From: Octopus bimaculoides
Lineage: Eukaryota
NCBI RefSeq assembly: GCF_001194135.2
Contig: NC_068989.1
Location: forward strand, 87,207,082 to 87,269,388
Reading direction: 5' to 3'
DNA length: 62,307 bases
Made by a program: the position numbers and the translations under genes
The notes under the pieces: model-generated
Databases searched by the model: none
Told to the model about the DNA's origin: nothing
What the model saw: only the letters and a program-made list of their open reading frames with translations
Shown: positions 11,721-23,456 of the stretch, piece by piece
Layout: each line of letters opens with the position of its first letter
How positions within the stretch are numbered: the stretch's first letter is position 1

Positions 11721-12011
11721 GTAACGTTTCTTACAATGCTGTTTCCTAACAAAAAAACTATCTTTAATTGTTTGCGTTTTTTTCTTCTTCATTTTATCTC
11801 CTTGTTTGTATGAATAGAAATTTTACGGCCTTTTTTTTCTGTGGGCGGTTTGTAATGCAGTCATAACTCCCATCCTGTGAAATCTCTAACATATCATGCC
11901 TGTAGCTGAATAATTGGTTAAGAATCGGCTTCCACGACAAATTGGCTTTTTTACTTGCAGCATCCATATTCATTGCAGTCATAATCTGTATGATGATTCG
12001 CTTAATGTTTT

Positions 12012-12085
12012 CCGAGCACGTCGGATAAAATGCTTAGCGGCATTTTCTTCCGGCATTTTTTTACATTCTGATTTGAAAGTTTCCG
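12012..12085 (+). mobile_element. SINE family A head fragment
   Basis: gagcacgtcggataaaatgcttagcggcatttt matches the family A 5' region. Confidence 0.55.
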
Positions 12086-12307
12086 ATGACAACTATAATG
12101 TCGATGACGATAATGACTGTGGCAAATGTAATGACGACGATGATAAGGATCATGATGATGATGATGGTGATGATGATGATGATGATGATGACGATGACGC
12201 TGATGACGATGACGATGATGACGATGATGATGATAATGATGATGATGACGACGTCCACGACGACGACGACGACGACGACGACGATGATGATGATGCTGAT
12301 GACGATA

Positions 12308-12346
<39 letters not shown>

Positions 12347-12352
12347 ATGATT

Positions 12353-12407
<55 letters not shown>

Positions 12408-12450
12408 CGATGACGATGATGAGGAGGTGGATGACGATAATGATAATAAN
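12086..12450. repeat. (GAT/GAC)n trinucleotide tract
   Basis: Seen directly. Source of the poly-D/M/H ORFs. Confidence 0.95.
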
Positions 12451-13364
12451 NNNNNNNNNNNNNNNNNNNNNNNNNNNNNNNNNNNNNNNNNNNNNNNNNN
12501 NNNNNNNNNNNNNNNNNNNNNNNNNNNNNNNNNNNNNNNNNNNNNNNNNNNNNNNNNNNNNNNNNNNNNNNNNNNNNNNNNNNNNNNNNNNNNNNNNNNN
12601 NNNNNNNNNNNNNNNNNNNNNNNNNNNNNNNNNNNNNNNNNNNNNNNNNNNNNNNNNNNNNNNNNNNNNNNNNNNNNNNNNNNNNNNNNNNNNNNNNNNN
12701 NNNNNNNNNNNNNNNNNNNNNNNNNNNNNNNNNNNNNNNNNNNNNNNNNNNNNNNNNNNNNNNNNNNNNNNNNNNNNNNNNNNNNNNNNNNNNNNNNNNN
12801 NNNNNNNNNNNNNNNNNNNNNNNNNNNNNNNNNNNNNNNNNNNNNNNNNNNNNNNNNNNNNNNNNNNNNNNNNNNNNNNNNNNNNNNNNNNNNNNNNNNN
12901 NNNNNNNNNNNNNNNNNNNNNNNNNNNNNNNNNNNNNNNNNNNNNNNNNNNNNNNNNNNNNNNNNNNNNNNNNNNNNNNNNNNNNNNNNNNNNNNNNNNN
13001 NNNNNNNNNNNNNNNNNNNNNNNNNNNNNNNNNNNNNNNNNNNNNNNNNNNNNNNNNNNNNNNNNNNNNNNNNNNNNNNNNNNNNNNNNNNNNNNNNNNN
13101 NNNNNNNNNNNNNNNNNNNNNNNNNNNNNNNNNNNNNNNNNNNNNNNNNNNNNNNNNNNNNNNNNNNNNNNNNNNNNNNNNNNNNNNNNNNNNNNNNNNN
13201 NNNNNNNNNNNNNNNNNNNNNNNNNNNNNNNNNNNNNNNNNNNNNNNNNNNNNNNNNNNNNNNNNNNNNNNNNNNNNNNNNNNNNNNNNNNNNNNNNNNN
13301 NNNNNNNNNNNNNNNNNNNNNNNNNNNNNNNNNNNNNNNNNNNNNNNNNNNNNNNNNNNNNNNN

Positions 13365-13411
<47 letters not shown>

Positions 13412-13460
13412 GTGTGTGTGTGTATGTGTGTGTGTGTGCGTGTGTGTGTGTGTGAGTGTC

Positions 13461-13523
<63 letters not shown>

Positions 13524-13669
13524 ACACGCCAATGTGGAATCCATTGGATAAATATCTCCCTCTCACGGCCTTCCGCTAACTCCATACTCTCACTTCCTCT
13601 CATACGCACAGTAGTTCACAAACACATACATACACTCGTACTCATACATACACACATACGTACTCACAC

Positions 13670-13729
<60 letters not shown>

Positions 13730-14947
13730 ATAACATTAATTCCTAACACAAAATGGCCGACAGTTTGAAGAGTTGTTTCATTCTCATAGTAATTGTTACT
13801 TCTGTTGTTGTTTCTTGTTTGCCTCTTCTTTCTGGTTTTTTAAAAAAATTTTTTTTATTTAGCTTCATTTTGTGTTGTCGCAAACATTGCAGCCGCAGCC
13901 GTCTTCGTTGTTGTTGTTGTTGTCGTTGTTACATTTGTTGTTTTATCGCCATTGTTATTTTATTATTATTATTATTTTTTTTTTATTTATTATTATCATT
14001 ATTATTATTATCATTATTATTATTATTTCTTCGTTCTCATTTTGTATTTTGCCGTTTGTGGTTATCTTTGTTGGCCATATTACTAATTTTCTTTCCTTTT
14101 ATTTTATTTTATTTTATTTTATTTTATTTCTCTTTAATCTCTTCTTCATTTCTCTTTGTTTTATAAGAATAAAATGAAAACAAGCGAACAATAAACCACA
14201 AAAATCAACAAAAAANNNNNNNNNNNNNNNNNNNNNNNNNNNNNNNNNNNNNNNNNNNNNNNNNNNNNNNNNNNNNNNNNNNNNNNNNNNNNNNNNNNNN
14301 NNNNNNNNNNNNNNNNNNNNNNNNNNNNNNNNNNNNNNNNNNNNNNNNNNNNNNNNNNNNNNNNNNNNNNNNNNNNNNNNNNNNNNNNNNNNNNNNNNNN
14401 NNNNNNNNNNNNNNNNNNNNNNNNNNNNNNNNNNNNNNNNNNNNNNNNNNNNNNNNNNNNNNNNNNNNNNNNNNNNNNNNNNNNNNNNNNNNNNNNNNNN
14501 NNNNNNNNNNNNNNNNNNNNNNNNNNNNNNNNNNNNNNNNNNNNNNNNNNNNNNNNNNNNNNNNNNNNNNNNNNNNNNNNNNNNNNNNNNNNNNNNNNNN
14601 NNNNNNNNNNNNNNNNNNNNNNNNNNNNNNNNNNNNNNNNNNNNNNNNNNNNNNNNNNNNNNNNNNNNNNNNNNNNNNNNNNNNNNNNNNNNNNNNNNNN
14701 NNNNNNNNNNNNNNNNNNNNNNNNNNNNNNNNNNNNNNNNNNNNNNNNNNNNNNNNNNNNNNNNNNNNNNNNNNNNNNNNNNNNNNNNNNNNNNNNNNNN
14801 NNNNNNNNNNNNNNNNNNNNNNNNNNNNNNNNNNNNNNNNNNNNNNNNNNNNNNNNNNNNNNNNNNNNNNNNNNNNNNNNNNNNNNNNNNNNNNNNNNNN
14901 NNNNNNNNNNNNNNNNNNNNNNNNNNNNNNNNNNNNNNNNNNNNNNN

Positions 14948-15006
<59 letters not shown>

Positions 15007-15635
15007 TACATACACACATCATATACATATATATGTGTGTGTGTGTCTGTGTATATATGGCGGTATGTGTGTGCATGTATAGTAATAAATTTATATAATA
15101 TGTGTAGTGGCATGTTTATCATTTTGTAAATTCAGAATTATGTGAGTATATTTAAGATGAATTAATGTATGATAGCATCTATATGCGAGAGGGTTAGTGT
15201 GTTTGTCTGCGTGTGGTTTACTGTGTGGACGTGAGAGCGTACATGTGTATTTGCTAGCGATTGCAAGAGATGAGGAACGGGAGATGAAGGTGGTGTTGAG
15301 AGAGGGAAGAGGAAGAATATAGGGAGAGATGTCAATGTTGTGAATGTAAGTAGAAGTAGACGGGAAGTGGACGGCGGGAGCATGTGATGGAGAACTATGT
15401 AGAATACTATGGTAGCACGACAGAGTCGGTGTGCATACATACAAACACGCACATATACACATACACATACGCACATATAGATATAGATGCAGATATGGAT
15501 ATGGCTTATAAATATAAAGAAACGTACATACATATATCTATAAATATATGCATATATATGTGTATATATATATATGTATATAAATGTATGTATATATATA
15601 TATATATAAGTATATATATATATATTTATATAGAC

Positions 15636-15695
15636 GAAGAAAATGGAGGGAAAATAACAGGAAGAACTTCCTGTTATTTTCCCTCCATTTTCTTC
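15636..15695. repeat. Perfect 29-bp inverted repeat with 2-nt spacer (60-bp palindrome)
   Basis: gaagaaaatggagggaaaataacaggaag-aa-cttcctgttattttccctccattttcttc. Confidence 0.95.
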
Positions 15696-16431
15696 TTGCA
15701 TATAATTTAAACTATGGTTTACCCCCTGAATTACCTGCCACCGTATACTTTTTAGAAAGGACTGTACCTACGCAAGTAATTACCAGGAGCACATTTGGAT
15801 TTAACCATACCTTAGAGGTCTTAAACACCTCTAACTTATACATATATAACTAAAATATATATTTGTGTGTGTATGTATGCATGTATATGTAAATGTAGAT
15901 ATNNNNNNNNNNNNNNNNNNNNNNNNNNNNNNNNNNNNNNNNNNNNNNNNNNNNNNNNNNNNNNNNNNNNNNNNNNNNNNNNNNNNNNNNNNNNNNNNNN
16001 NNNNNNNNNNNNNNNNNNNNNNNNNNNNNNNNNNNNNNNNNNNNNNNNNNNNNNNNNNNNNNNNNNNNNNNNNNNNNNNNNNNNNNNNNNNNNNNNNNNN
16101 NNNNNNNNNNNNNNNNNNNNNNNNNNNNNNNNNNNNNNNNNNNNNNNNNNNNNNNNNNNNNNNNNNNNNNNNNNNNNNNNNNNNNNNNNNNNNNNNNNNN
16201 NNNNNNNNNNNNNNNNNNNNNNNNNNNNNNNNNNNNNNNNNNNNNNNNNNNNNNNNNNNNNNNNNNNNNNNNNNNNNNNNNNNNNNNNNNNNNNNNNNNN
16301 NNNNNNNNNNNNNNNNNNNNNNNNNNNNNNNNNNNNNNNNNNNNNNNNNNNNNNNNNNNNNNNNNNNNNNNNNNNNNNNNNNNNNNNNNNNNNNNNNNNN
16401 NNNNNNNNNNNNNNNNNNNNNNNNNNNNNNN

Positions 16432-16476
<45 letters not shown>

Positions 16477-16595
16477 GTATATATGTATGTATATATGTAT
16501 GTATTTATATATAATAATTTAGATAATATATATAAATACATGTATATAGGTATATATGCATACATATATGTACATACGTACATATAAATGCATAT

Positions 16596-16975
16596 ATGAG
16601 TACACAACATGATATACGAAATACGAAATCAAAATAAAATACGAGGCACACTTGGGTATGCAAAACGAGAGAAATAAATGGAAAACAAGACAAGTAACAT
16701 AAAGCATGACCCTTCATTAGTTGTCCGCCGTTCATCTACTCCGCATTTCGAGCAATTCATGACAGTATGAGGCTTCAAAGAACAATTGTTCCCGCGAACC
16801 AAATTCAAATTTGGGATTTTACGGAAGGTTAAAGTTGGTAACAAAAACAGGACAGTGGAGACGTACAACAAACCAAACGAAAACAAACATGGAGGGCCGT
16901 CAGGCCAGACGAGGTGAGGTAGCGAACGCGGAGGAATATTGTGTTTGACAAGAGAAAGGTGAGGAGGGGAGACAG
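16596..16975. repeat. Unclassified interspersed repeat family (see 11050 and 61985)
   Basis: aaatggaaaacaagacaagtaacataaagcatgacccttcattagttgtcc...ctactcc aligns with 62041-62110. Confidence 0.6.
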
Positions 16976-17065
16976 ATGAGAATGCATCTGGTCTGTGTGA
17001 CAAACTGAAGGAAAAGAAAGATGATCACACGAGGAAAAAATGGACTATGCTCACGTGTGAGCAAC

Positions 17066-17153
<88 letters not shown>

Positions 17154-17350
17154 GTGTGTGTGTTTAAAAGAGAACATGACTGTGTTTTCGATAAAGCTAT
17201 AGCTTTATAGGATCTGTTTAGATTTGCCTCTTTTAAATATTTCCTGTTGATAAAAGCTAAAGAGCTAGAATCATTGATGTCTGGGATTCCTGATCGATGG
17301 CGACACGGAACAGATATGGTGTTTTTACACCGTTTTCCCAAAAGAGAATA

Positions 17351-17406
17351 TTTTTTCTACGGTGACTGCAGTGAATTTGCCTTTTGGTGATTGAAATATG
17401 TCACAA
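17351..17406 (+). repeat. Short repeat fragment shared with 62165-62216
   Basis: ttttctacggtgactgcagtgaatttg...ttgaaatatgtcacaa versus tttttacggtaattgcagtgaatttg...ttgaattatctcacaa. Confidence 0.55.
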
Positions 17407-17989
17407 NNNNNNNNNNNNNNNNNNNNNNNNNNNNNNNNNNNNNNNNNNNNNNNNNNNNNNNNNNNNNNNNNNNNNNNNNNNNNNNNNNNNNNNNNNNNNN
17501 NNNNNNNNNNNNNNNNNNNNNNNNNNNNNNNNNNNNNNNNNNNNNNNNNNNNNNNNNNNNNNNNNNNNNNNNNNNNNNNNNNNNNNNNNNNNNNNNNNNN
17601 NNNNNNNNNNNNNNNNNNNNNNNNNNNNNNNNNNNNNNNNNNNNNNNNNNNNNNNNNNNNNNNNNNNNNNNNNNNNNNNNNNNNNNNNNNNNNNNNNNNN
17701 NNNNNNNNNNNNNNNNNNNNNNNNNNNNNNNNNNNNNNNNNNNNNNNNNNNNNNNNNNNNNNNNNNNNNNNNNNNNNNNNNNNNNNNATATATATACTCC
17801 GACACGCATACAAATTTATTTACTTTTACGCTCTAATAGTTAATATTGCAAATTTATATTCAAGTATGAACCATTTATACATCCACGTGCAGGAAAGCAT
17901 GTCCATATATTTTAGGTGTTTTTCAGTGAGAGATCGAAAACATTGGATTCATCTTACGTTAATTCGTGTGCCCTCACGTCGGGTAAGAC

Positions 17990-18300
17990 TGGTGACAGCC
18001 CATGTAGTACAGGGGTTGTGGAGGACAACCAGCCATTCTCAGAGCATGCTTCCATCGTTGGTTTAGCCTCTAAAGATCTCTGTGGAACATCTGAAGCTAG
18101 TTCAGCTTCGGAAGTACCCTGCACTGTTGCTCTTGAGAGTCCACTTAAGGACTTGGCCGGCAAATATGGTCGTCGTGTGACTTACGGCGTGTCCCAGCCA
18201 ACGCAGTCGGCGTGTCCCAGCCAACGCAGTCGGCGTGTCCCAGCCAACGCAGTCGGCGTGTCCCAGCCAACGCAGTCGGCGCTCGCAGACGGTCATGGAA
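17990..18300 (-). mobile_element. Non-LTR retrotransposon (RTE-like) ORF C-terminal fragment
   Basis: VCERRLRWLGHAVSHTTTIFAGQVLKW contains the RRLRWLGH motif typical of LINE ORF2 C-termini. Boundaries are approximate. Confidence 0.6.
18185..18281. repeat. Perfect 23-bp minisatellite, 4.2 copies
   Basis: Unit cggcgtgtcccagccaacgcagt starts at 18185, 18208, 18231 and 18254, with a partial unit at 18277. Confidence 0.97.
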
Positions 18301-19569
18301 ACTAAGCGTTAGATTCATCATTAATACTAAATTACAGGATGTCCTGCCAAATCTCTGTTGCATTAAGAATAACTCTTAAAATACTCTGATCGCTAGAAAA
18401 ATAAACTATCCTAATCGAAAACTTATAAAGACAAATTTACGGTCGGCAGGGACATAAGACATTTTAAATTCTTTAGAAATTTTGACAATAGCAAATGATA
18501 TTACAACAAAGATAGATATAGCAATAAACCATGAAACCATTTTCAGATCGAAAGTCGAGAAATAAATGTTTTATTTTGTATAATGTATGTGTTTTTACAT
18601 TGGTTGTCCTATTGTTCGTATTCTATAACTTCTTTATATCTACAGGCGATCAATGACACACTACCCTTTGCTTCACTCACTCAGCCTCCCATTTGTGTTT
18701 GTAACAAATGAAAAAAATATGCTGGAATCTTTGCCAGTTATATAGATATGGTCTCTTAATACCGCCATCATCTCCAGCCCGGCAACAACCTTCATCACCT
18801 CGCTTTCTTTCTCTCTCTCTCTCTCCATCTCTCCCTCCCTTGGCTGTATTGAAAAGAGTATTTCAAACGGAAGCTGTGCTTTAACTGTGTCAGTTTCCTT
18901 TCGATTATGAATTAACCTTCTTTTTTAATTTTTTGTTTTGTCTTTAATATATAAAATTTATTTCTATATTTGTAAAGTTTTTTTTTTTTTTCGTCCTTGC
19001 GAAAAATATTTGAAAATTATACATGTAAAGTCACGGATATTCAACTTAAGCAGAGTGCTAATAACACTTGGGACATCTTTGCATACATTTCTCTCTCTCT
19101 CTCTCCATCTCTCCCTCCCTTGGCTGTATTGAAAAGAGTATTTCAAACGGAAGCTGTGCTTTAACTGTGTCAGTTTCCTTTCGATTATGAATTAACCTTC
19201 TTTTTTAATTTTTTGTTTTGTCTTTAATATATAAAANNNNNNNNNNNNNNNNNNNNNNNNNNNNNNNNNNNNNNNNNNNNNNNNNNNNNNNNNNNNNNNN
19301 NNNNNNNNNNNNNNNNNNNNNNNNNNNNNNNNNNNNNNNNNNNNNNNNNNNNNNNNNNNNNNNNNNNNNNNNNNNNNNNNNNNNNNNNNNNNNNNNNNNN
19401 NNNNNNNNNNNNNNNNNNNNNNNNNNNNNNNNNNNNNNNNNNNNNNNNNNNNNNNNNNNNNNNNNNNNNNNNNNNNNNNNNNNNNNNNNNNNNNNNNNNN
19501 NNGAGACATAGATGTCGCTTCGTCTTCCTGATCAACCGTTGAGGACTTGATGATTCCTTCTCGTTTATT

Positions 19570-19695
19570 TATTTATTTATGCGCCCTTTTTCCAGCCTAG
19601 CCAGGCTCATGGGCCCGGTTTCCCAGTTTCTATGGCGTATGTGTTCCCCCAGTGTTCCCCCAGCTGGATGAGACGTAAGTCCATCGCATTCCTTC
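19570..19695. repeat. Possible SINE 3' fragment
   Basis: GC-richer segment (ccagctggatgagacgtaagtccatcgca) abutting an (ATTT)n run. No second copy in the window. Confidence 0.25.
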
Positions 19696-19761
19696 TCGTA
19701 GCCTTGGCCTAAAGAGGCATCCTGCAAGGCAGCAGAGGAGGGTCCAATTTTTACCCATAGA

Positions 19762-20365
19762 GTAAGTGAATGTAGCATGCTGGTACAGAAAGAATACAAG
19801 AAAAGATATGATCATATAGGGAGACTAATTCACTGGGTGTTATGTAGAAAGCTAGGATTTGAACATACTGATAAATGGTATGAACATGAACCTAGTAAAG
19901 TACCAGAAACTAAGAAATAGAATACGTTGTGGGACTTTAATATTCAGATTGACAGAGTAATAGAAGCTAGAAGGTCTGATTTGGTAATAGCAGACAAAGA
20001 GAATAGAAAGTGCCAAATGATTGACTTTACAGTCACAAATAATGAAAACATTAAAATGAGAAGTATAGGAAAAAATAGCAAAGTATCAGGACCTAGATAT
20101 TGAATTATAAAGACTATGGAAAGTGGGGGTAAAATGTATCCAAGTAGTTATAGGTGCATTGGGAACTATCCCTAAAGATCTGAACAGAAGAAATAGGCAT
20201 AACACCCATTTAGTACAGCTCCAGAAAATAATGTTTTTAGGGACAGCTAGGACACTTAGGAACGTTCTTGGCATCTGAGGTTACTGGCTGTAGCCCTATA
20301 TTAGGATTATTTTCTTTTGCAACAGCCTAATCTGTTGAATGTATATGAAATTAATAATAATTATC
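19762..20365 (+). mobile_element. R4/Dong-like non-LTR retrotransposon 3' end (zinc-knuckle remnant and REL endonuclease)
   Basis: VSECSMLVQKEYKKRYDHIGRLIHW, WDFNIQIDRVIEARRSDLV (RPD motif variant), MIDF, VVIGALGTIP and LQKIMFLGTARTLRNVLGI* (stop 20276-20278). Internal stops and a frameshift. Short TAA tail. Confidence 0.85.
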
Positions 20366-20684
20366 ATTTTTTATTCCTGTTGGGGTAAATAAATGATGCG
20401 TTTTTGAAACCAATTCTATATTTTTCTGAGCTAATATTAATGTGGATATATTGAAGCAAAGAGGAGAGATGCAATTAAACGGCGGGGTAAGATTCAGATC
20501 TTAAAGAAATACAAAAAAAAGAGAATATATAAATTTAAACAAATAGTAGTAAATGTATAAAAAAAAAAAAATAAACCTAACAAACATGTTTGTGAAGAGT
20601 AGAATACTAGTCTCAATCAGTCTGAATTAAGAGCCTAGTGACCTAAAACCTAATAGATAACATTGTCTCGTGAATAACGATGAA

Positions 20685-21100
20685 GACGATGATGATGATG
20701 ACAATGAAGGTGAGGAGGAGGAGGAGGAGGAGGATGAAGAGGGGGAGGAGGAGGAGGAAGTGGAGGAGGATGACGAGGAGGAGGAGGAGGATTGAAGGAG
20801 GAGGAATGGTGGTGGTGGTGGTGGTGGTGGAGGAGGAGGAGGAAGAAGAGGAAGATGAGGAGGAAAAAGAAGAGGAAGAAGAGGAGGAAGAAGAGGAGGA
20901 AGAAGAGGAGTAAGAAGAGGAGGAAGAAGGGGAGGTGGAGGAGTAAGATGATGATGATGATGACGACAACGATGAAGGTGAAGGTGAAGGGGAGGAGGAG
21001 GGGGGAGGAGGAGGAGGAGGAGGAGGAGGAGGAGAGGGAAGTGGAGAAGGACGAGGATGATGTCGATGATGGTGATGATGATGATGGCGATACGGTGATG
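20685..21100. repeat. Purine-rich compound trinucleotide tract (GAG/GAA/GGT/GAT)
   Basis: Seen directly. Confidence 0.95.
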
Positions 21101-21624
21101 ATGTTTATGATAATAACATTACTAATACTATTGATGTATATGCAAATGTGTGTACCTATGTGTTATATTGTATGTAAATATATAAATATACACAAACACA
21201 TACACAAAAAAGCACACACACACATATATACATATATATACATATATATACATATATATACATATATATATACGTATATGTGTGCGTGTATGTATATATA
21301 TATATATGTATGTAAATATATATATATATATGTAAAATAAATATATATACGCATATATACATACATGTATATATGTGTGCGTTTATATATGTGTATGTGT
21401 ATACATACATACATACATATACGCATATATATATACATATACGTTATATACGGCAACACCTGCGAGACGGAATGATATTTGATAAATTACATGCCAGAGG
21501 AAGATATTCAGTAACATGAAGATTTCTCATATATACAGTTGTTACACATGTATACAGTTCATATGTAGATGCGTGGGTGTATTAGCGTATATAATACAAC
21601 ACACACACACACACATACACACAC

Positions 21625-21664
<40 letters not shown>

Positions 21665-22000
21665 CCACAGATATATATACACACAATTGTATGTATACAC
21701 GAACAAACATAACTCGCCAATTAGTTGCGATGCTTCAAGTGTTAAGACTATCACGTTGATGCATGTATATACCTGTGTATACACACACGTATATATATAT
21801 AGATAGATATATGCATGCACGTATGTATGCATAGTGTGTACCAGCAAAACTATCCACCCGCTGAATGATTATAAAAAATACATTTCATTTTCAAAATTTG
21901 ATAAAATCTACAGATTGAATTTGATTTTTTTTTATGAACGGCTTTTCTCAAGTTGAAGAGCTTTCTCGTCCAAGTATTCCTGGTAACAAGAAGTATTGGA

Positions 22001-22185
22001 CACAGTTCTATATTTAGGAGATGAGGAATTATGTACATTATTTAATTATTTACGTTTGACGGATATTTGTCCTCATCTTGTTTGTTGTTAACACAATGTT
22101 TCGGCTGATATACCTTCGAGCCTTCATCAGGTGTCTTGGGGAAATTTCGAAATTGGGATCTCATTCGTAAGGTATCTTTCAATGC

Positions 22186-22186
<1 letters not shown>
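22001..22186 (-). mobile_element. Penelope-like terminal-repeat (pLTR) fragment with hammerhead motif
   Basis: Homologous to 47427-47615 and to the reverse complement of 47684-47825. Abuts (TTA)n. Carries the hammerhead at 22090-22135. Confidence 0.75.
22090..22135 (-). ncRNA. Minimal type I hammerhead ribozyme motif
   Basis: Minus-strand RNA GACAC-CUGAUGA-A-GGCU...AGCC-GAAAC-AUU-GUGUU. Stem I GACAC/GUGUU and stem II GGCU/AGCC form. Both core boxes are intact, but stem III reads ACAU instead of the palindromic ACGU. Confidence 0.75.
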
Positions 22187-22251
<65 letters not shown>

Positions 22252-22254
22252 CAT

Positions 22255-22308
<54 letters not shown>

Positions 22309-22310
22309 TA

Positions 22311-22360
<50 letters not shown>

Positions 22361-22362
22361 TA
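22187..22362. repeat. (TTA)n to (TCA)n compound microsatellite
   Basis: Seen directly. Confidence 0.95.
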
Positions 22363-22381
22363 TTAGTAATATTAGTAGTAG

Positions 22382-22698
22382 TATTGCCTTTGCACGGCTA
22401 ACGCTGAAGATGTACAGTGACAGTTGTTCACTACTATTGAACTATGGTAACACCTCTTATTTTTCCAGCAACTTCCGGAGTATTCGAGCGGTTTTCTGCA
22501 AGTGCTCCACCCTTATTGCTGCCATTATTTGTTCCATGTACTTCTCGAGATTTTTGCTCACAGCTCCCAAGACTCCGACAATTATTGGTACTACTACTGC
22601 CTTTTTCATCGACTACAACTGCTTAACTTCCCAAGCTAACTTGTCATATCTCTCAACTTTTCGTTCTTCCTTATCACATACCTTGTTGTCAGCTGGGC
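22382..22698 (-). mobile_element. R4/Dong-like LINE 3' end, copy 1
   Basis: PADNKVCDKEERKVERYDKLAWEVKQL*SMKKAVVVPIIVGVLGAVSKNLEKY...LQKTARILRKLLE. Homologous to 25850-26220, but with a short deletion in the ALLGT region. Confidence 0.85.
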
Positions 22699-22996
22699 GT
22701 TCAGTTTCCGGTTCCGTACGCAAAATTTTAACTGTTAAGCATTTCCATAGACAAAAGGTCTAAACGTATAAGGTCCGCTGAACACGAAATGTATTCTACT
22801 GCAACACTGCCTCTAATCCACATGATTGGCAAAATCCGGGTCAAATAGGCTCTGACATTTCTAAAGTAGTGTGAGGGTGGCCAACTACATGGAAATATAG
22901 CTCCACATCTTCCTAAGTCGCACCATGTTCAAGTAAACGACAGTAGTCACAGCATAGTCATCATTCATCAGCTACAAGCATATATGCATATGCCTG

Positions 22997-23456
22997 TCAT
23001 TGTTCAGTTTTATTTCAAGATTTCCTGCCAATAGAGAAAGATTTGGCTTCTGACCTAGTTCCAAGGCTCTTTCATGGCGATTTCAACATCAACAACATGG
23101 TATTTTTGTATGTATGTATGTATGTATGTATGTATGCATGTATACGTGTTGATTTCTATGTTTTGTTTTATGTATTTAATTTCATGCATATAGTTCCATA
23201 TCTAAACACGCTCATAAATAGTGAAATGATAAACTTCTGGAAAGTTTTACAGATTTTTACATTTCCAGTGATGAACTGGATCTGTAATATTCGAATCAGC
23301 TTTCTTCTTTCTGGTTTCGAGAAACCTAATTTCTGAAGATTGGTATTTAGGCAGCGTGTTACATATCCCAGTGCTCCAATAATTACAGGTATAAACCTAA
23401 ACTTGTAATCTAGATAGAGTAACTGCAGATTTTTCAATAGTTCAGCGTAAGTATCC
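22997..23456 (-). mobile_element. REL-type LINE 3' end with internal (CATA)n in its 3' UTR
   Basis: LQLLYLDYKFRFIPVIIGALGYVTRCLNTNLQKLGFSKPERRKLIRILQIQFITGNVKICKTFQKF, then UTR, (CATA)n and the terminal module shared with 5277-5387. Confidence 0.85.

Noticed and set aside
11794-11982. 62-aa minus ORF with plausible composition
   Set aside because: No splice signals or motif support, and within chance expectation.
16700-16790. GAAAU/C and CUAAUGA words resembling a permuted hammerhead (also 11180-11260)
   Set aside because: The boxes are in the wrong order for type I, and stem I cannot be formed for a type II reading.
17211-17361. Open frame DLFRFASFKYFLLIKAKELESLMSGIPDRWRHG after an AG
   Set aside because: Weak donor, and the 3' end overlaps a repeat fragment also present at 62165-62216.
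18185-18281. CRISPR-like appearance of identical 23-bp repeats
   Set aside because: Units are contiguous with no spacers, the context is eukaryotic, and no cas genes are present.
18808-19236. Exact 149-bp direct duplication (18808-18956 = 19088-19236)
   Set aside because: The second copy ends exactly at an N-gap, typical of contig-end or gap-fill artefact.
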